From a virus, in the IMG/VR virus record IMGVR_UViG_3300027963_005443: a DNA stretch of 64,000 bases; one strand, written 5' to 3'. This document shows positions 49,281-58,603 of this stretch, piece by piece (positions within the stretch are counted from its first letter, which is position 1; every line of letters starts with the position of its first letter). Under the pieces are notes generated by a model. The model saw nothing but the letters and a program-made list of their open reading frames with translations, made no database searches and had not been told where the DNA came from. The position numbers and the translations under genes were made by a program.

Positions 49281-49961
49281 TCACCTTATAGATGGAATGT
49301 TGTCGTTAATTACGCCGCCCCACGAAAGGCCATCAGAACCTTTTTGTTGGGATAGTTCCGTGTGAGGAACAAAGAAAATATCAAGCACCAATTGCTCTCT
49401 ATTTTTATCATCATTAATTGTATAAATATCATTGATTCCATTCGGTGATTTCTTAATGCCAATGATATCATAAACTCTATCCGGTGTAAGTTTTACTCCC
49501 TTTTGAAGAAGCTCTATGTGTTGCTGAGGCTCCGGGGCATACATTAGCTTCCTAATTGTTCTCTTTACAACATTTTGTTGGGGAAGTGGATGAAACTTCT
49601 GAACTGACAGCTCGGATTCAAGATTTTGATCGTCTCTAGGCGGGAATGCTATCGGGTCTTCATTTTCTTCCTTCATATTAATTTCAAAGTCATCATTAAA
49701 AATAAACTTTTTATTTTTAATTACTATTCCAGATTTGGTTTCCTTGAAACTAATTTTTTTCTTAGATATTTCATATATCTCAACATCATCAACCCAGATA
49801 TCCCTACGGGCCAACTGCATCATTATAGCGGTGGCAAGTTTTTCTATAGGAGTCTCTTCATATGGATCTCCTATTCTCTTTTTAAAAGACAGTACCTCAT
49901 CAGAAGATTCTTCTTCGGCTTTTTTTCTTTTTTTATAGTAACAAATTATTTCATATCCCAT
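49281..49961 (-). CDS. Hypothetical protein
   Basis: Likely start MGYE at 49961. Confidence 0.6.
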   Translation of the reverse strand: MGYEIICYYKKRKKAEEESSDEVLSFKKRIGDPYEETPIEKLATAIMMQLARRDIWVDDVEIYEISKKKISFKETKSGIVIKNKKFIFNDDFEINMKEENEDPIAFPPRDDQNLESELSVQKFHPLPQQNVVKRTIRKLMYAPEPQQHIELLQKGVKLTPDRVYDIIGIKKSPNGINDIYTINDDKNREQLVLDIFFVPHTELSQQKGSDGLSWGGVINDNIPSIR

Positions 49962-49962
49962 T

Positions 49963-50571
49963 TTATTTCTCCAAAATTCCAACAGAGTATTTTGTGCCAA
50001 GTACTTTATATTCTTTTTTGTAGCCAATTGCAATATTTAAAAATATTTCTTTATTTTTATTGGCGCTCAAATTATTAAAAACAAGATGTCCCTTATTTTT
50101 TAATCTCATATAAGCATACTCTACTGCAGAAAAAAGATCATCGTAACCGCCTTGAGCATTTACAATAATTAAATCAAAATCTTTTTTATCAAAATAATCT
50201 AAAAATTCTTGATCAAAAAAATTTCCACAATAATAATTGAAGTCCTTTTTATAATTTGTTTTTAAATTACTAATTGCCAACTTTTCATTGTATGAATCTT
50301 TTGTTTTCTGTTGGAGTGCAAGGAAATACTCGACAGACTTACAAGACTTTAAAAAACAACTACTGATGAGGCTTAAATCGAATCCCATTTCAAAGAAACA
50401 GGTGGGATTTATATGTTTTCCCAAGTGATAAAAAAAAGGTATATAAAAAGGATCGTTATAAATAATAGATTTTTTATCATTTTCATTTAAAAATTTAAAT
50501 CTACTGGTCAAAACTTTTGAGGTTATTATTCCCTTAGATATATCTTTTTCTATATTGTCCAAATATTTCAT
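49963..50571 (-). CDS. Class I SAM methyltransferase-like protein (degenerate)
   Basis: FFEMGFDLS, FDLIIVN, GHLVFNN resemble Methyltransf_24 motifs. Confidence 0.5.
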   Translation of the reverse strand: MKYLDNIEKDISKGIITSKVLTSRFKFLNENDKKSIIYNDPFYIPFFYHLGKHINPTCFFEMGFDLSLISSCFLKSCKSVEYFLALQQKTKDSYNEKLAISNLKTNYKKDFNYYCGNFFDQEFLDYFDKKDFDLIIVNAQGGYDDLFSAVEYAYMRLKNKGHLVFNNLSANKNKEIFLNIAIGYKKEYKVLGTKYSVGILEK

Positions 50572-51092
50572 TGTATTTTATTTCCGTGAACTCTTAAAAA
50601 GTTATTAATATCTGCGAGGAGTTCAATATTTTGTTCAACTTTTTCTTTCGGCCAATTCCACCATTTTATTTCCAACAATTGATCTATTATATTTTGTTCA
50701 AATCTATATCTAATTATTTTAGCAGGATTTCCAGCAACAATAGAAAATGGTGGCACGTTTTTGGTCACAACAGCTCTGGCTCCGACTATCGATCCGTGAC
50801 CAACAGCAACACCACCAAAAATCATAGACTCCGTTCCTATCCAGCAATCGGATCCTATTTGAATTGAACCTTTATCCTTGCCTGATGGAAAATTAGAATC
50901 TGGGTAGTATGATTTGAATCTAAAATTACATACGGTTGGATGATCTACAGATGCGTGGTCTATTGGGCCTCCACACAAAAATGTAACCTTTCGAGCAATA
51001 CCCGAGTAATTGCCAACAACTATTTGTCCTTTAGGAAAATAAATTAAATAATCTTTACCAATGGTTGAAAGTGTTCCGAGTTTAATTGGCAT
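50568..51092 (-). CDS. CatB/Vat-like hexapeptide O-acetyltransferase
   Basis: IGSDCWIG, VGHGSIVGARAVVTKNVPPFSIVAGNPAKIIRYRF, IKWWNW. Confidence 0.9.
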   Translation of the reverse strand: MPIKLGTLSTIGKDYLIYFPKGQIVVGNYSGIARKVTFLCGGPIDHASVDHPTVCNFRFKSYYPDSNFPSGKDKGSIQIGSDCWIGTESMIFGGVAVGHGSIVGARAVVTKNVPPFSIVAGNPAKIIRYRFEQNIIDQLLEIKWWNWPKEKVEQNIELLADINNFLRVHGNKIQ

Positions 51093-51094
51093 AA

Positions 51095-51595
51095 TTATAT
51101 ATTTTTAGAAATCATATATTTGTCAAGGTCGCTATAGATCTTTCTAAAGTCGCCCTTATAAGGAATCATCTGAATCCCGGTTGCATTGCATATATGGTTT
51201 ATAACATCCTGATGGTGATCGGTCACCATTACAGAATTAACTGGGCCGTATATTATTTTTTTAATTCCGGTTTGAGCTATTTTCTTAAAACAATCTATGC
51301 AACAATGACCAGTAACATATAACCTGCACTCGCTCCTGTCATCTGGGAGGTTGGAGTTTAGAATACAGTTAGCCTCTGAGTGAACCACCCAATCATATTT
51401 TAATGGACGCTCAATAGGTACCCTGCTATCATCTAGACCTCTAACCCATCCATTATAACCAACACCAAGCACTTTATAATTCTTGTCGCAAATAACACTT
51501 CCGTGTTTAGTGGATGGATCGGGGCTCCTAGTGGAAACTAGGAAGCATATAGCCATCATATAATCGTCCCAAATGGGAATATCTAGGCACATCAT
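51095..51595 (-). CDS. dCMP deaminase
   Basis: RSPDPSTKHG, GYNG, HSEANC, CIDC. Confidence 0.9.
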   Translation of the reverse strand: MMCLDIPIWDDYMMAICFLVSTRSPDPSTKHGSVICDKNYKVLGVGYNGWVRGLDDSRVPIERPLKYDWVVHSEANCILNSNLPDDRSECRLYVTGHCCIDCFKKIAQTGIKKIIYGPVNSVMVTDHHQDVINHICNATGIQMIPYKGDFRKIYSDLDKYMISKNI

Positions 51596-52170
51596 TATTT
51601 TGTTAAAATTCTATTGTTAGTCCAAATTTCAAGATCTAATTCACTAATCGTTTTACCAATTTTTTCAGCATGTTCAAGAAAGATCTTCTCTATTTTAGAA
51701 TATTGTGTTCTATTGGGTGTGTGATCGGGAACATCATATCCCAAGCCTCTCAAGTATCTAAGGACGTGACGATCAAGACCAGCGTACTTTTGATTTTCTC
51801 TTGTGTGAATTAAAAAACATCTGACACTTTTTGGGCCCAATCCCCAAACAGACTCGAGATCTTCAAGTGAACATTTTCTAAGATCAAAGTTTTTTTCTAT
51901 TAAGCTTCTTATTGTTTTAGCTTTATTGTTAAAACATCCAACGCCAAATTTTTTTAGTTCTGACGGTAGGGGGTCTATACTTTTAATTATTTCAAAGGGT
52001 GCAATCTTACCGATTTTACTGCCCCAGTGGCACAAAAGATGATTCAAACATCTTGCTGCTGTGTGCCCATTTTTTCCAGCAGCAAATATCCAAAATAAAA
52101 TATTTAGCTCTAACTGGTCATGACTATAGTCAAAACGGGTTATATTATCAGGATCTAATTTATAATTCAT
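51595..52170 (-). CDS. HhH-GPD-type DNA glycosylase-like protein
   Basis: LESVWGLGPKS (HhH), AGLDRHVLR, ELDLEIW. Confidence 0.8.
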   Translation of the reverse strand: MNYKLDPDNITRFDYSHDQLELNILFWIFAAGKNGHTAARCLNHLLCHWGSKIGKIAPFEIIKSIDPLPSELKKFGVGCFNNKAKTIRSLIEKNFDLRKCSLEDLESVWGLGPKSVRCFLIHTRENQKYAGLDRHVLRYLRGLGYDVPDHTPNRTQYSKIEKIFLEHAEKIGKTISELDLEIWTNNRILTK

Positions 52171-52643
52171 GCTTCGCCAACAATCCTATCAATGTCATCT
52201 TCAACAGATTTATAAATATCCTTGTTTAACTTATCTAATTCTTTTCTTAAACTGTGGCCTCTATTTTGAGCGTTGTCATGATTCTTATCCCATGCACGTA
52301 AATGAGCTTTCAAAAACCCTTCAACCTCTCTCTTTTCTATAACATTCTTTTTTGCCTCAACAACATCATCAGCAGCATTGGCTTTTGCTTTAGCATACTG
52401 CTCGGTGCCACCTTCATCTTTTGCTTCTATATATTTTTTACTAAAAATAGCTTCAGCATCTATTTCAGCAATCATTCTCTCTTTTTGAGCAAACTCCAGT
52501 TGCTTACCAAAGTAATCTATCCATCCATATTCCTTTTCCATATATTCATTTATACTATTATCAGTAAAATGCATATTTTTTGGATCAAGTTTAACATCTT
52601 GTCCGTTGATCTTAACTGTTACTACTTGGATTGGTGGATTCAT
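52167..52643 (-). CDS. UvsY-like recombination mediator (tentative)
   Basis: Helical 158 aa protein in the replication block; size and pattern similarity only. Confidence 0.4.
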   Translation of the reverse strand: MNPPIQVVTVKINGQDVKLDPKNMHFTDNSINEYMEKEYGWIDYFGKQLEFAQKERMIAEIDAEAIFSKKYIEAKDEGGTEQYAKAKANAADDVVEAKKNVIEKREVEGFLKAHLRAWDKNHDNAQNRGHSLRKELDKLNKDIYKSVEDDIDRIVGEA

Positions 52644-52654
52644 ATTTTTTCTTT

Positions 52655-54244
52655 CTAGGTTTCTCCATCACCAACAACATCTGTCGTGGGATCAAATGGG
52701 ATTGTGCTTCTGCCCCTCTTCTTGCCTTTTACGTTCTTTTCATTGGAGTCGCCGGTAATAGAGTCATTATTCTGCATTACATCTCCACTCTTCTTTTCTT
52801 TAACTAAATTCATTTCTCTTATATATTCTTCTTTGGTTATTTGCTCTATATCTAAAGTGGCGACATCTAATGCGTCTCTAAAACCGAATTTAACATAAAA
52901 AGCATTTCTGCTTTTTCCATTTCTGTGTTTAATTACAAATATTCTACCAACTTGGGCTTCCTTTTCAAGCACCTGTTGGTTTATACTCCAAAGACAATCG
53001 AGAGGTTTAAATTGATCGAAGCTTGTGCCGATACTTGATTCATCGATATATTGAGATTGATCCAGCTTTGCAGCAGTGCTATTGGGCTGTATGCATGTTA
53101 TAGTACAATGTTTTTGTTCAATTCCGAAAGCTCTTAAGTCACGCAAAATTCTATACGCACTTTCATATTTTTTAAGATTAGGGTCATCTTTCATTTCACC
53201 CACATAGTCCACAACCAACAAATCAGGCTTGTACCCTCTCATTACGAGTTGTGAATAATATGCTCTAATCCCGTTTACATCTAATGTCCCGCCAGGAAAC
53301 TGTTTTACAACAAACATATTGGGATCATGTTTATCTTCTTTGAACATCTCTATCTCTTTAATGATCTCGTCTTTAAAAGATGATAAACTATTGACGTCTT
53401 TGCCAAAGAATTGACTTGTAAATCTCTGGGAGATTCCCAGTTCATCCATTTCCATGGTAATGTATAAAACTTTTTTACCACGCTTTACATTTTCAACACT
53501 AGCTTTGATCATAGCCAACGATTTACCAGTACCCGGCAAAGCTATCCAGGCCCCAATATTTCCCACCATCAAACCATTTCCGGTGAGAGAATTATCTATC
53601 TCTGCAAAGCCACTAGTAAAAGTCTCGGATCCCTCCATTACCTTTTGCATCCTAAGAAACATTTCTTCGGGATTTAGAAAATACTCCAAACCAGTTTCAT
53701 AGTTTTTATCTACGATCATTGACTCACGCATTTGATCGTAGATATACGCCCAAGTTTCTTCGCTCTCGGGATTACGAGTCATTCTCTCCAAACATTTATG
53801 GAAAGTTATTTTTACGGATTGAACCTTGGCAAAATAAGTAATTTTATCAGTTAAAACATCACGATTCTCTAGCCCAGGGACATAAAAATCAAAAACATTT
53901 TCATACTCAGCTTGATATAAAAGCTGGGATTCTATTGATTTTTCTTTTGTCTTATCCGCTATCTCTTGTTTGAGATAAAATCTATCCGGCAGATTTTTAT
54001 ACTTATCGAAATATTCAAAAAGAATACTTGCTATAAGAACATGGGAATCTTTAGAAAAATATTCTGGTTTTATTTTGTCCAAACTTTGAATTAAGAAGAA
54101 GCGATCCGTTAAAAGTAATCCAAGAATTCTTGATTGGAAGCCATCGTCCCAGCCATATTTGGACACAGATCCAGAATCCTCTTGAATCAATTGATTCATT
54201 CGATTGGATTCTTCTTCGGTCAACTCAATTAAATCTTCTTGCAT
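52655..54244 (-). CDS. DnaB/gp41-like replicative helicase
   Basis: ALPGTGKS, YITMEM, LVVDY, KHRNG. Confidence 0.9.
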   Translation of the reverse strand: MQEDLIELTEEESNRMNQLIQEDSGSVSKYGWDDGFQSRILGLLLTDRFFLIQSLDKIKPEYFSKDSHVLIASILFEYFDKYKNLPDRFYLKQEIADKTKEKSIESQLLYQAEYENVFDFYVPGLENRDVLTDKITYFAKVQSVKITFHKCLERMTRNPESEETWAYIYDQMRESMIVDKNYETGLEYFLNPEEMFLRMQKVMEGSETFTSGFAEIDNSLTGNGLMVGNIGAWIALPGTGKSLAMIKASVENVKRGKKVLYITMEMDELGISQRFTSQFFGKDVNSLSSFKDEIIKEIEMFKEDKHDPNMFVVKQFPGGTLDVNGIRAYYSQLVMRGYKPDLLVVDYVGEMKDDPNLKKYESAYRILRDLRAFGIEQKHCTITCIQPNSTAAKLDQSQYIDESSIGTSFDQFKPLDCLWSINQQVLEKEAQVGRIFVIKHRNGKSRNAFYVKFGFRDALDVATLDIEQITKEEYIREMNLVKEKKSGDVMQNNDSITGDSNEKNVKGKKRGRSTIPFDPTTDVVGDGET

Positions 54245-54266
54245 TTATTTTTATATCTAAAATAGA

Positions 54267-54827
54267 TTAGTAGGAACCTAAGTAATCATACTCACTTAAG
54301 CTGCAAAGTCCAGTTCGAATACTCTTCTCTTTAGTTATTTTCTTACCCATGGATTTTTGACCATTCCAAACAATTGCTTTGCAATAAGTGGAAAATTTAT
54401 TATCTATTTTAAGAGACTCGTCTTTTTTGGGAGCCTGTTCTTCGGGAACAATATTTTTAACTATTTTTTCAAGAAGATATTCTTGATATTCACCGAATTT
54501 TTGACGGCTAGCGCCGTGCCTCGTCCTATTGCTCCATAGTCCTTCTAAATTCTTAACAGTCACACCCAGAATGTAATCTCCTGATGAATATTTTCGAGCA
54601 GTCTTCAGACAATTTTCTATATACGTCTGTCTTTTAAAGTAGCTACCTGCTCTTATAATTGATAATTGAAGTTCTTGATTAATATCATCTATATCATCTG
54701 TGTAATTATTTCTTGTATTCTTTTTTTTCAATTGATGTGCAGCATAGTAACACAATTTTCCAAATTTTTTGCACAACTGATTGTATTCTTCATTATTGAT
54801 TGGGAAATTATTGCATATATCTTTCAC
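54267..54827 (-). CDS. sigma70 region-2-only protein (gp55-like late sigma candidate)
   Basis: GKLCYYAAHQL, DDINQELQLSIIRA, KFSTYCKAIVW match regions 2.1, 2.2 and 2.3-2.4. Confidence 0.6.
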   Translation of the reverse strand: MKDICNNFPINNEEYNQLCKKFGKLCYYAAHQLKKKNTRNNYTDDIDDINQELQLSIIRAGSYFKRQTYIENCLKTARKYSSGDYILGVTVKNLEGLWSNRTRHGASRQKFGEYQEYLLEKIVKNIVPEEQAPKKDESLKIDNKFSTYCKAIVWNGQKSMGKKITKEKSIRTGLCSLSEYDYLGSY

Positions 54828-56134
54828 GTTAAAACTCCAGTATATTTTTTTAGATTGTTAAGATTATCTCCATATTCACAACTCACATTTATGACTATGT
54901 TTTCAAAAAATCTTCCATCTTCTAAAAGTATATTTTTAATTATTTCCGCCGTAGAGTCAAGTTCTTTTTTATTACAAGAGAACAAATAACTATCATGAAC
55001 ATAAAACAATATATTAGGATCTTTAAAATAATTAGAAAGATCTATTAATTTATCTAGACAGAATATACTTGCAGTAGATTGAACAATAAAGTTTCTAGAT
55101 TTATATTTTTCATTTATAATTCTTTTTTTACCGAATATATTAGTATAAATATTGCTTCCAGAGTTTTCAGAGTAATTATCTAACCAATCAAATGTGTGAG
55201 AAAATATCTTCCTTATATTTTTTATAAACCCTTCAATAGAAGATAATGAAATCTCACAATTTGTCGCCAATGCTTGTGGGCTAGCCCCATAAACATAAGG
55301 AAGGAAAATCTTTTTGATTTTGTTTCTCTTATCAGGAGTGCATGTTTTACCAAATAGCCTTTCATATAAAGATTCATAAAAATCATTACCGCTTTCTAAG
55401 ACATCTCTCAAACCAGAATCTTTTGTAAGAAATTCCAAAACAGAAACTTCCATGTTTTTATAATCAAAATTTAAAAATAAATAATCTTCATCCATCGTCT
55501 TAAAATTTTCTTTATCATCTTTTTTCAAATTTAATGGTAAAAAACAATTATTAAATTGACAACTACTTGATAATCTACCATTATCTTGGCCCTCTACATC
55601 GTAATAGCAATATTCTATTTTTCTTTCTTTTTTATTAACAATGCCCTTAGTCTCAATTTTAGGTATCACCTTCTTGATCAAAGGAAGGTGTATCTTCTCA
55701 TATAATTCATATATTCTTTCATAATCAATCTCCTTTATAGTTTTAAATGCATTTACAGCCTCCACGAAGGTGTTAGGGACAGTTTTGGTATTTAGACCAC
55801 ATATTCCACCCAATACCTTTAAATCTAATATCTTGCAGTCAGAATTGAAATTCCTACCAGTATTGTTTCTATAGTAGGAACAATAGTTCTTAAAATTCCA
55901 ACATAATATTTTTTTATCTTTTAAAAATAAAATTTGTTTAAGTAAACTGTGTATCTCTTTAAAATTATCCCTTGTTACCAAAGTTGATACTTTAAGACCT
56001 TGGGAAAATATCTCTATTGTGAAATTAAAGTTTTTATCAGTAAAATCAAGAATTTGAGGAGAAAATCTCAGATAAAAGACATTTTGATTCTTTATCTTGG
56101 ATAGTCCAGTAAGAAATTCAAATTCTACCATCAA
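54824..56134 (-). CDS. Family A DNA polymerase (compact)
   Basis: Motif A NFDYKNME, motif B RNKIKKIFLPYVYG, motif C YVHDS. Confidence 0.8.
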   Translation of the reverse strand: MMVEFEFLTGLSKIKNQNVFYLRFSPQILDFTDKNFNFTIEIFSQGLKVSTLVTRDNFKEIHSLLKQILFLKDKKILCWNFKNYCSYYRNNTGRNFNSDCKILDLKVLGGICGLNTKTVPNTFVEAVNAFKTIKEIDYERIYELYEKIHLPLIKKVIPKIETKGIVNKKERKIEYCYYDVEGQDNGRLSSSCQFNNCFLPLNLKKDDKENFKTMDEDYLFLNFDYKNMEVSVLEFLTKDSGLRDVLESGNDFYESLYERLFGKTCTPDKRNKIKKIFLPYVYGASPQALATNCEISLSSIEGFIKNIRKIFSHTFDWLDNYSENSGSNIYTNIFGKKRIINEKYKSRNFIVQSTASIFCLDKLIDLSNYFKDPNILFYVHDSYLFSCNKKELDSTAEIIKNILLEDGRFFENIVINVSCEYGDNLNNLKKYTGVLT

Positions 56135-56172
56135 GGAAACTTACCAGAAAGAATTAGTTTAAACAATAGTGG

Positions 56173-57438
56173 CTAAACATAACAAAAATTATCATATAGT
56201 TTCATAGTCATACTATACAATTTCCTTTTATCTATCAAGAATCTTAGGATAGGTACCAAATAAGAGTGCTTTCTTCTACTGGCGGTGATATCTTTTTCTT
56301 TAGTGAATGTCTCACTATCCATCAAGGATGCTCTCTCTGTCTTTGGAGAGCTGGTTTTCTCCGGAGACGATATAGTGGAGAGGAAAGAAGGAGTTAATTT
56401 CCATTTGCATGCTATTCCTTTAATTCTCTTCTCTTTATTTCCAAATGTATACTTGTTATCAATCCAGTCTATTAATCCTAATTCAGATAGTTTATCTCTT
56501 ATTGCTTTCCATCTATGATGATTCCATCCTCGATTAACATCACCTTTTGAATATAAACTATCCCATAAACCTTTTATTCTTTCAGTTGGTACTGAGCCAT
56601 CTGTATTTGGATTTTTATTTACAAACAAAAGTATCATTGTTCCTATCGACCAATCGTGGGCTGTCACCCTGAAGCCCCTCCCTTTTAAGTCTTTTATCTT
56701 TGAATTAAAGAATTCTTCATAATTCTTGAGTTCTAATAAATCTTTTTCATTAAATAATTTGTTACTTACGCTTCCCTTTATTTCCTTGTATTTTCTCTGT
56801 ATGTAAAATTCTTTTTCTATCTCTTTGATATTAAATACTTTGCACTCCCGTGCAGTTTCTATATCCCTTGGTAATTTAGCCAATGTTCCATATTTTATAT
56901 TTTTAATTTCATCTTCGTGGTAGATTAATTCTGGGCAATTGCCTTTTACTTCTACTTGTTCGATATCTGCCTCTATTTTTAGGGCTTCCGTTCTCAACCA
57001 ATTTTCGAATCCCTTTAATACTTTATTGACATGTTTCGCATCATGTCCTTCTTTTTCTAATAAAAAATAGGCATGAATTCCTTTTTTATTTGTGCTGGGT
57101 TCGTAATAAAGGCTTTTAAATTTATCTTTTAGGTGCTCTACGAAATTAATGGCACCTTCTGTTGATCCTTTTTTTTGTGTTTTTTGTATGTCTATGTCTA
57201 TCATTACAAGAGTATTCTTGTCTTTTCTGCGGCCATTTCCGTAATAATATATTGTTGTTTTACCGCTTACATGATCTTTTATTTTATTTTCGGATAATTT
57301 TCGGGGAGCAAGTCTCCCGCTTCGCAGGAGATTCTTTTTTGATATATTGGGACGTATTCCCTTTGCTGTTTTCTCCCCATAAGCTAGTCTGCTTATGGCT
57401 TTTCTGACCCATTTAGCGTCGAATGTTTCTGAGATCAT
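56173..57438 (-). CDS. AEP/Prim-Pol-like replication protein (tentative)
   Basis: MIDID and STNKKGIHAYF resemble AEP motifs I and II. Confidence 0.55.
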   Translation of the reverse strand: MISETFDAKWVRKAISRLAYGEKTAKGIRPNISKKNLLRSGRLAPRKLSENKIKDHVSGKTTIYYYGNGRRKDKNTLVMIDIDIQKTQKKGSTEGAINFVEHLKDKFKSLYYEPSTNKKGIHAYFLLEKEGHDAKHVNKVLKGFENWLRTEALKIEADIEQVEVKGNCPELIYHEDEIKNIKYGTLAKLPRDIETARECKVFNIKEIEKEFYIQRKYKEIKGSVSNKLFNEKDLLELKNYEEFFNSKIKDLKGRGFRVTAHDWSIGTMILLFVNKNPNTDGSVPTERIKGLWDSLYSKGDVNRGWNHHRWKAIRDKLSELGLIDWIDNKYTFGNKEKRIKGIACKWKLTPSFLSTISSPEKTSSPKTERASLMDSETFTKEKDITASRRKHSYLVPILRFLIDKRKLYSMTMKLYDNFCYV

Positions 57439-57504
57439 ATTTTTCTTAATATAGTGAGTACTAAAAATATTTCAATACTCACTATATTTGGTAGAATAAA
57501 CACT

Positions 57505-58173
57505 ATGAGTTATTTTAAAGATATAATTGAAAAGTATAAAATTGTAGATGACGATGAAAAGCTTGCAATTAAATTTTTATCTTATTGGATTGAAAACAGA
57601 AAAAAAATTTTCCCTAATACCATACACTCGAAGTTTAATAAGGAAAAAGATCCGAGAAAGAGCTTGGCTTTTAAATATTGCTATAAACTTCAAAGAGAAA
57701 CCCGTGGACTACTAAAAGAAGAAGATTATGAACTTTATGTTAAAGCTCAATTACATATGCTTAAGTACTTTGCAACAAAGTACAACAATCAAGCACTTGT
57801 GATTGAACCTCAATGTCTTGTAGGTGAAAAAGCATGGAAAAGATGGAAATTTTATAAGTTTAAATATGATTCTTTGAAAAACACACCGATAGATAAACCA
57901 AATATTGCCAATAGAATAAATCTGGGAGTTCTTAGAGAGAACTTGTTGAGGACTAAAAAGTTTTTAAGTTCCAAACTAGAACTGAATAGAAATTCTATAA
58001 AGAAAAATCTTGATAATATTGTGATCTGGAATAGGCTTGGAAATGTAGATATCTACTTCTTATTACTTTGTAATAGTTTCGATAAAGAACTTGTGAACAA
58101 AAAAAAGTCTTCAACCATCATTATAGATGATGAAATGAAGAGAGTATATTCTTCTATTTTTGGGAATCTCTAG
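57505..58173 (+). CDS. Hypothetical protein
   Basis: Likely ATG start at 57505 (the track uses GTG at 57454). Confidence 0.6.
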   Translation: MSYFKDIIEKYKIVDDDEKLAIKFLSYWIENRKKIFPNTIHSKFNKEKDPRKSLAFKYCYKLQRETRGLLKEEDYELYVKAQLHMLKYFATKYNNQALVIEPQCLVGEKAWKRWKFYKFKYDSLKNTPIDKPNIANRINLGVLRENLLRTKKFLSSKLELNRNSIKKNLDNIVIWNRLGNVDIYFLLLCNSFDKELVNKKKSSTIIIDDEMKRVYSSIFGNL

Positions 58174-58603
58174 AATTTAACCAATCCAGAAACAGTCGCC
58201 TGGTTTGGTATCCGTATCCTTCTTTTATTATATTTTCATCTTTGTCTATTAAAATATAAGTTGGTAATTTTCTTATATTGTACTTTTTAATAATATCCAT
58301 ATTAGATTTATAATCTAATGAACATACTACATACTCTTTCATCTTATTCTTAACTTCTTCTTCCGATAATACCTCATCCTTGAATTTAGCGCAATATCCA
58401 CACCATTTTGCGTCTACTAATAATAGTATATCTTTATTTGTATTTTTTGAAGCTTCTAATGCTTCTTGATATGTAAGTATTATTTTTTGTTCTATTATTG
58501 GCTGGTCTATAATCTCTGGAGTTAGTCTCTTGGTTTCTTTGTTTAGAACCAAAATCATTAGTAAACAAAGTATAGGTAAAATACTATTTTTTAATATTCT
58601 CAT
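58154..58603 (-). CDS. Membrane-anchored thioredoxin-fold protein
   Basis: AKWCGYC, YNIRKLPT. Confidence 0.85.
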   Translation of the reverse strand: MRILKNSILPILCLLMILVLNKETKRLTPEIIDQPIIEQKIILTYQEALEASKNTNKDILLLVDAKWCGYCAKFKDEVLSEEEVKNKMKEYVVCSLDYKSNMDIIKKYNIRKLPTYILIDKDENIIKEGYGYQTRRLFLDWLNSRDSQK

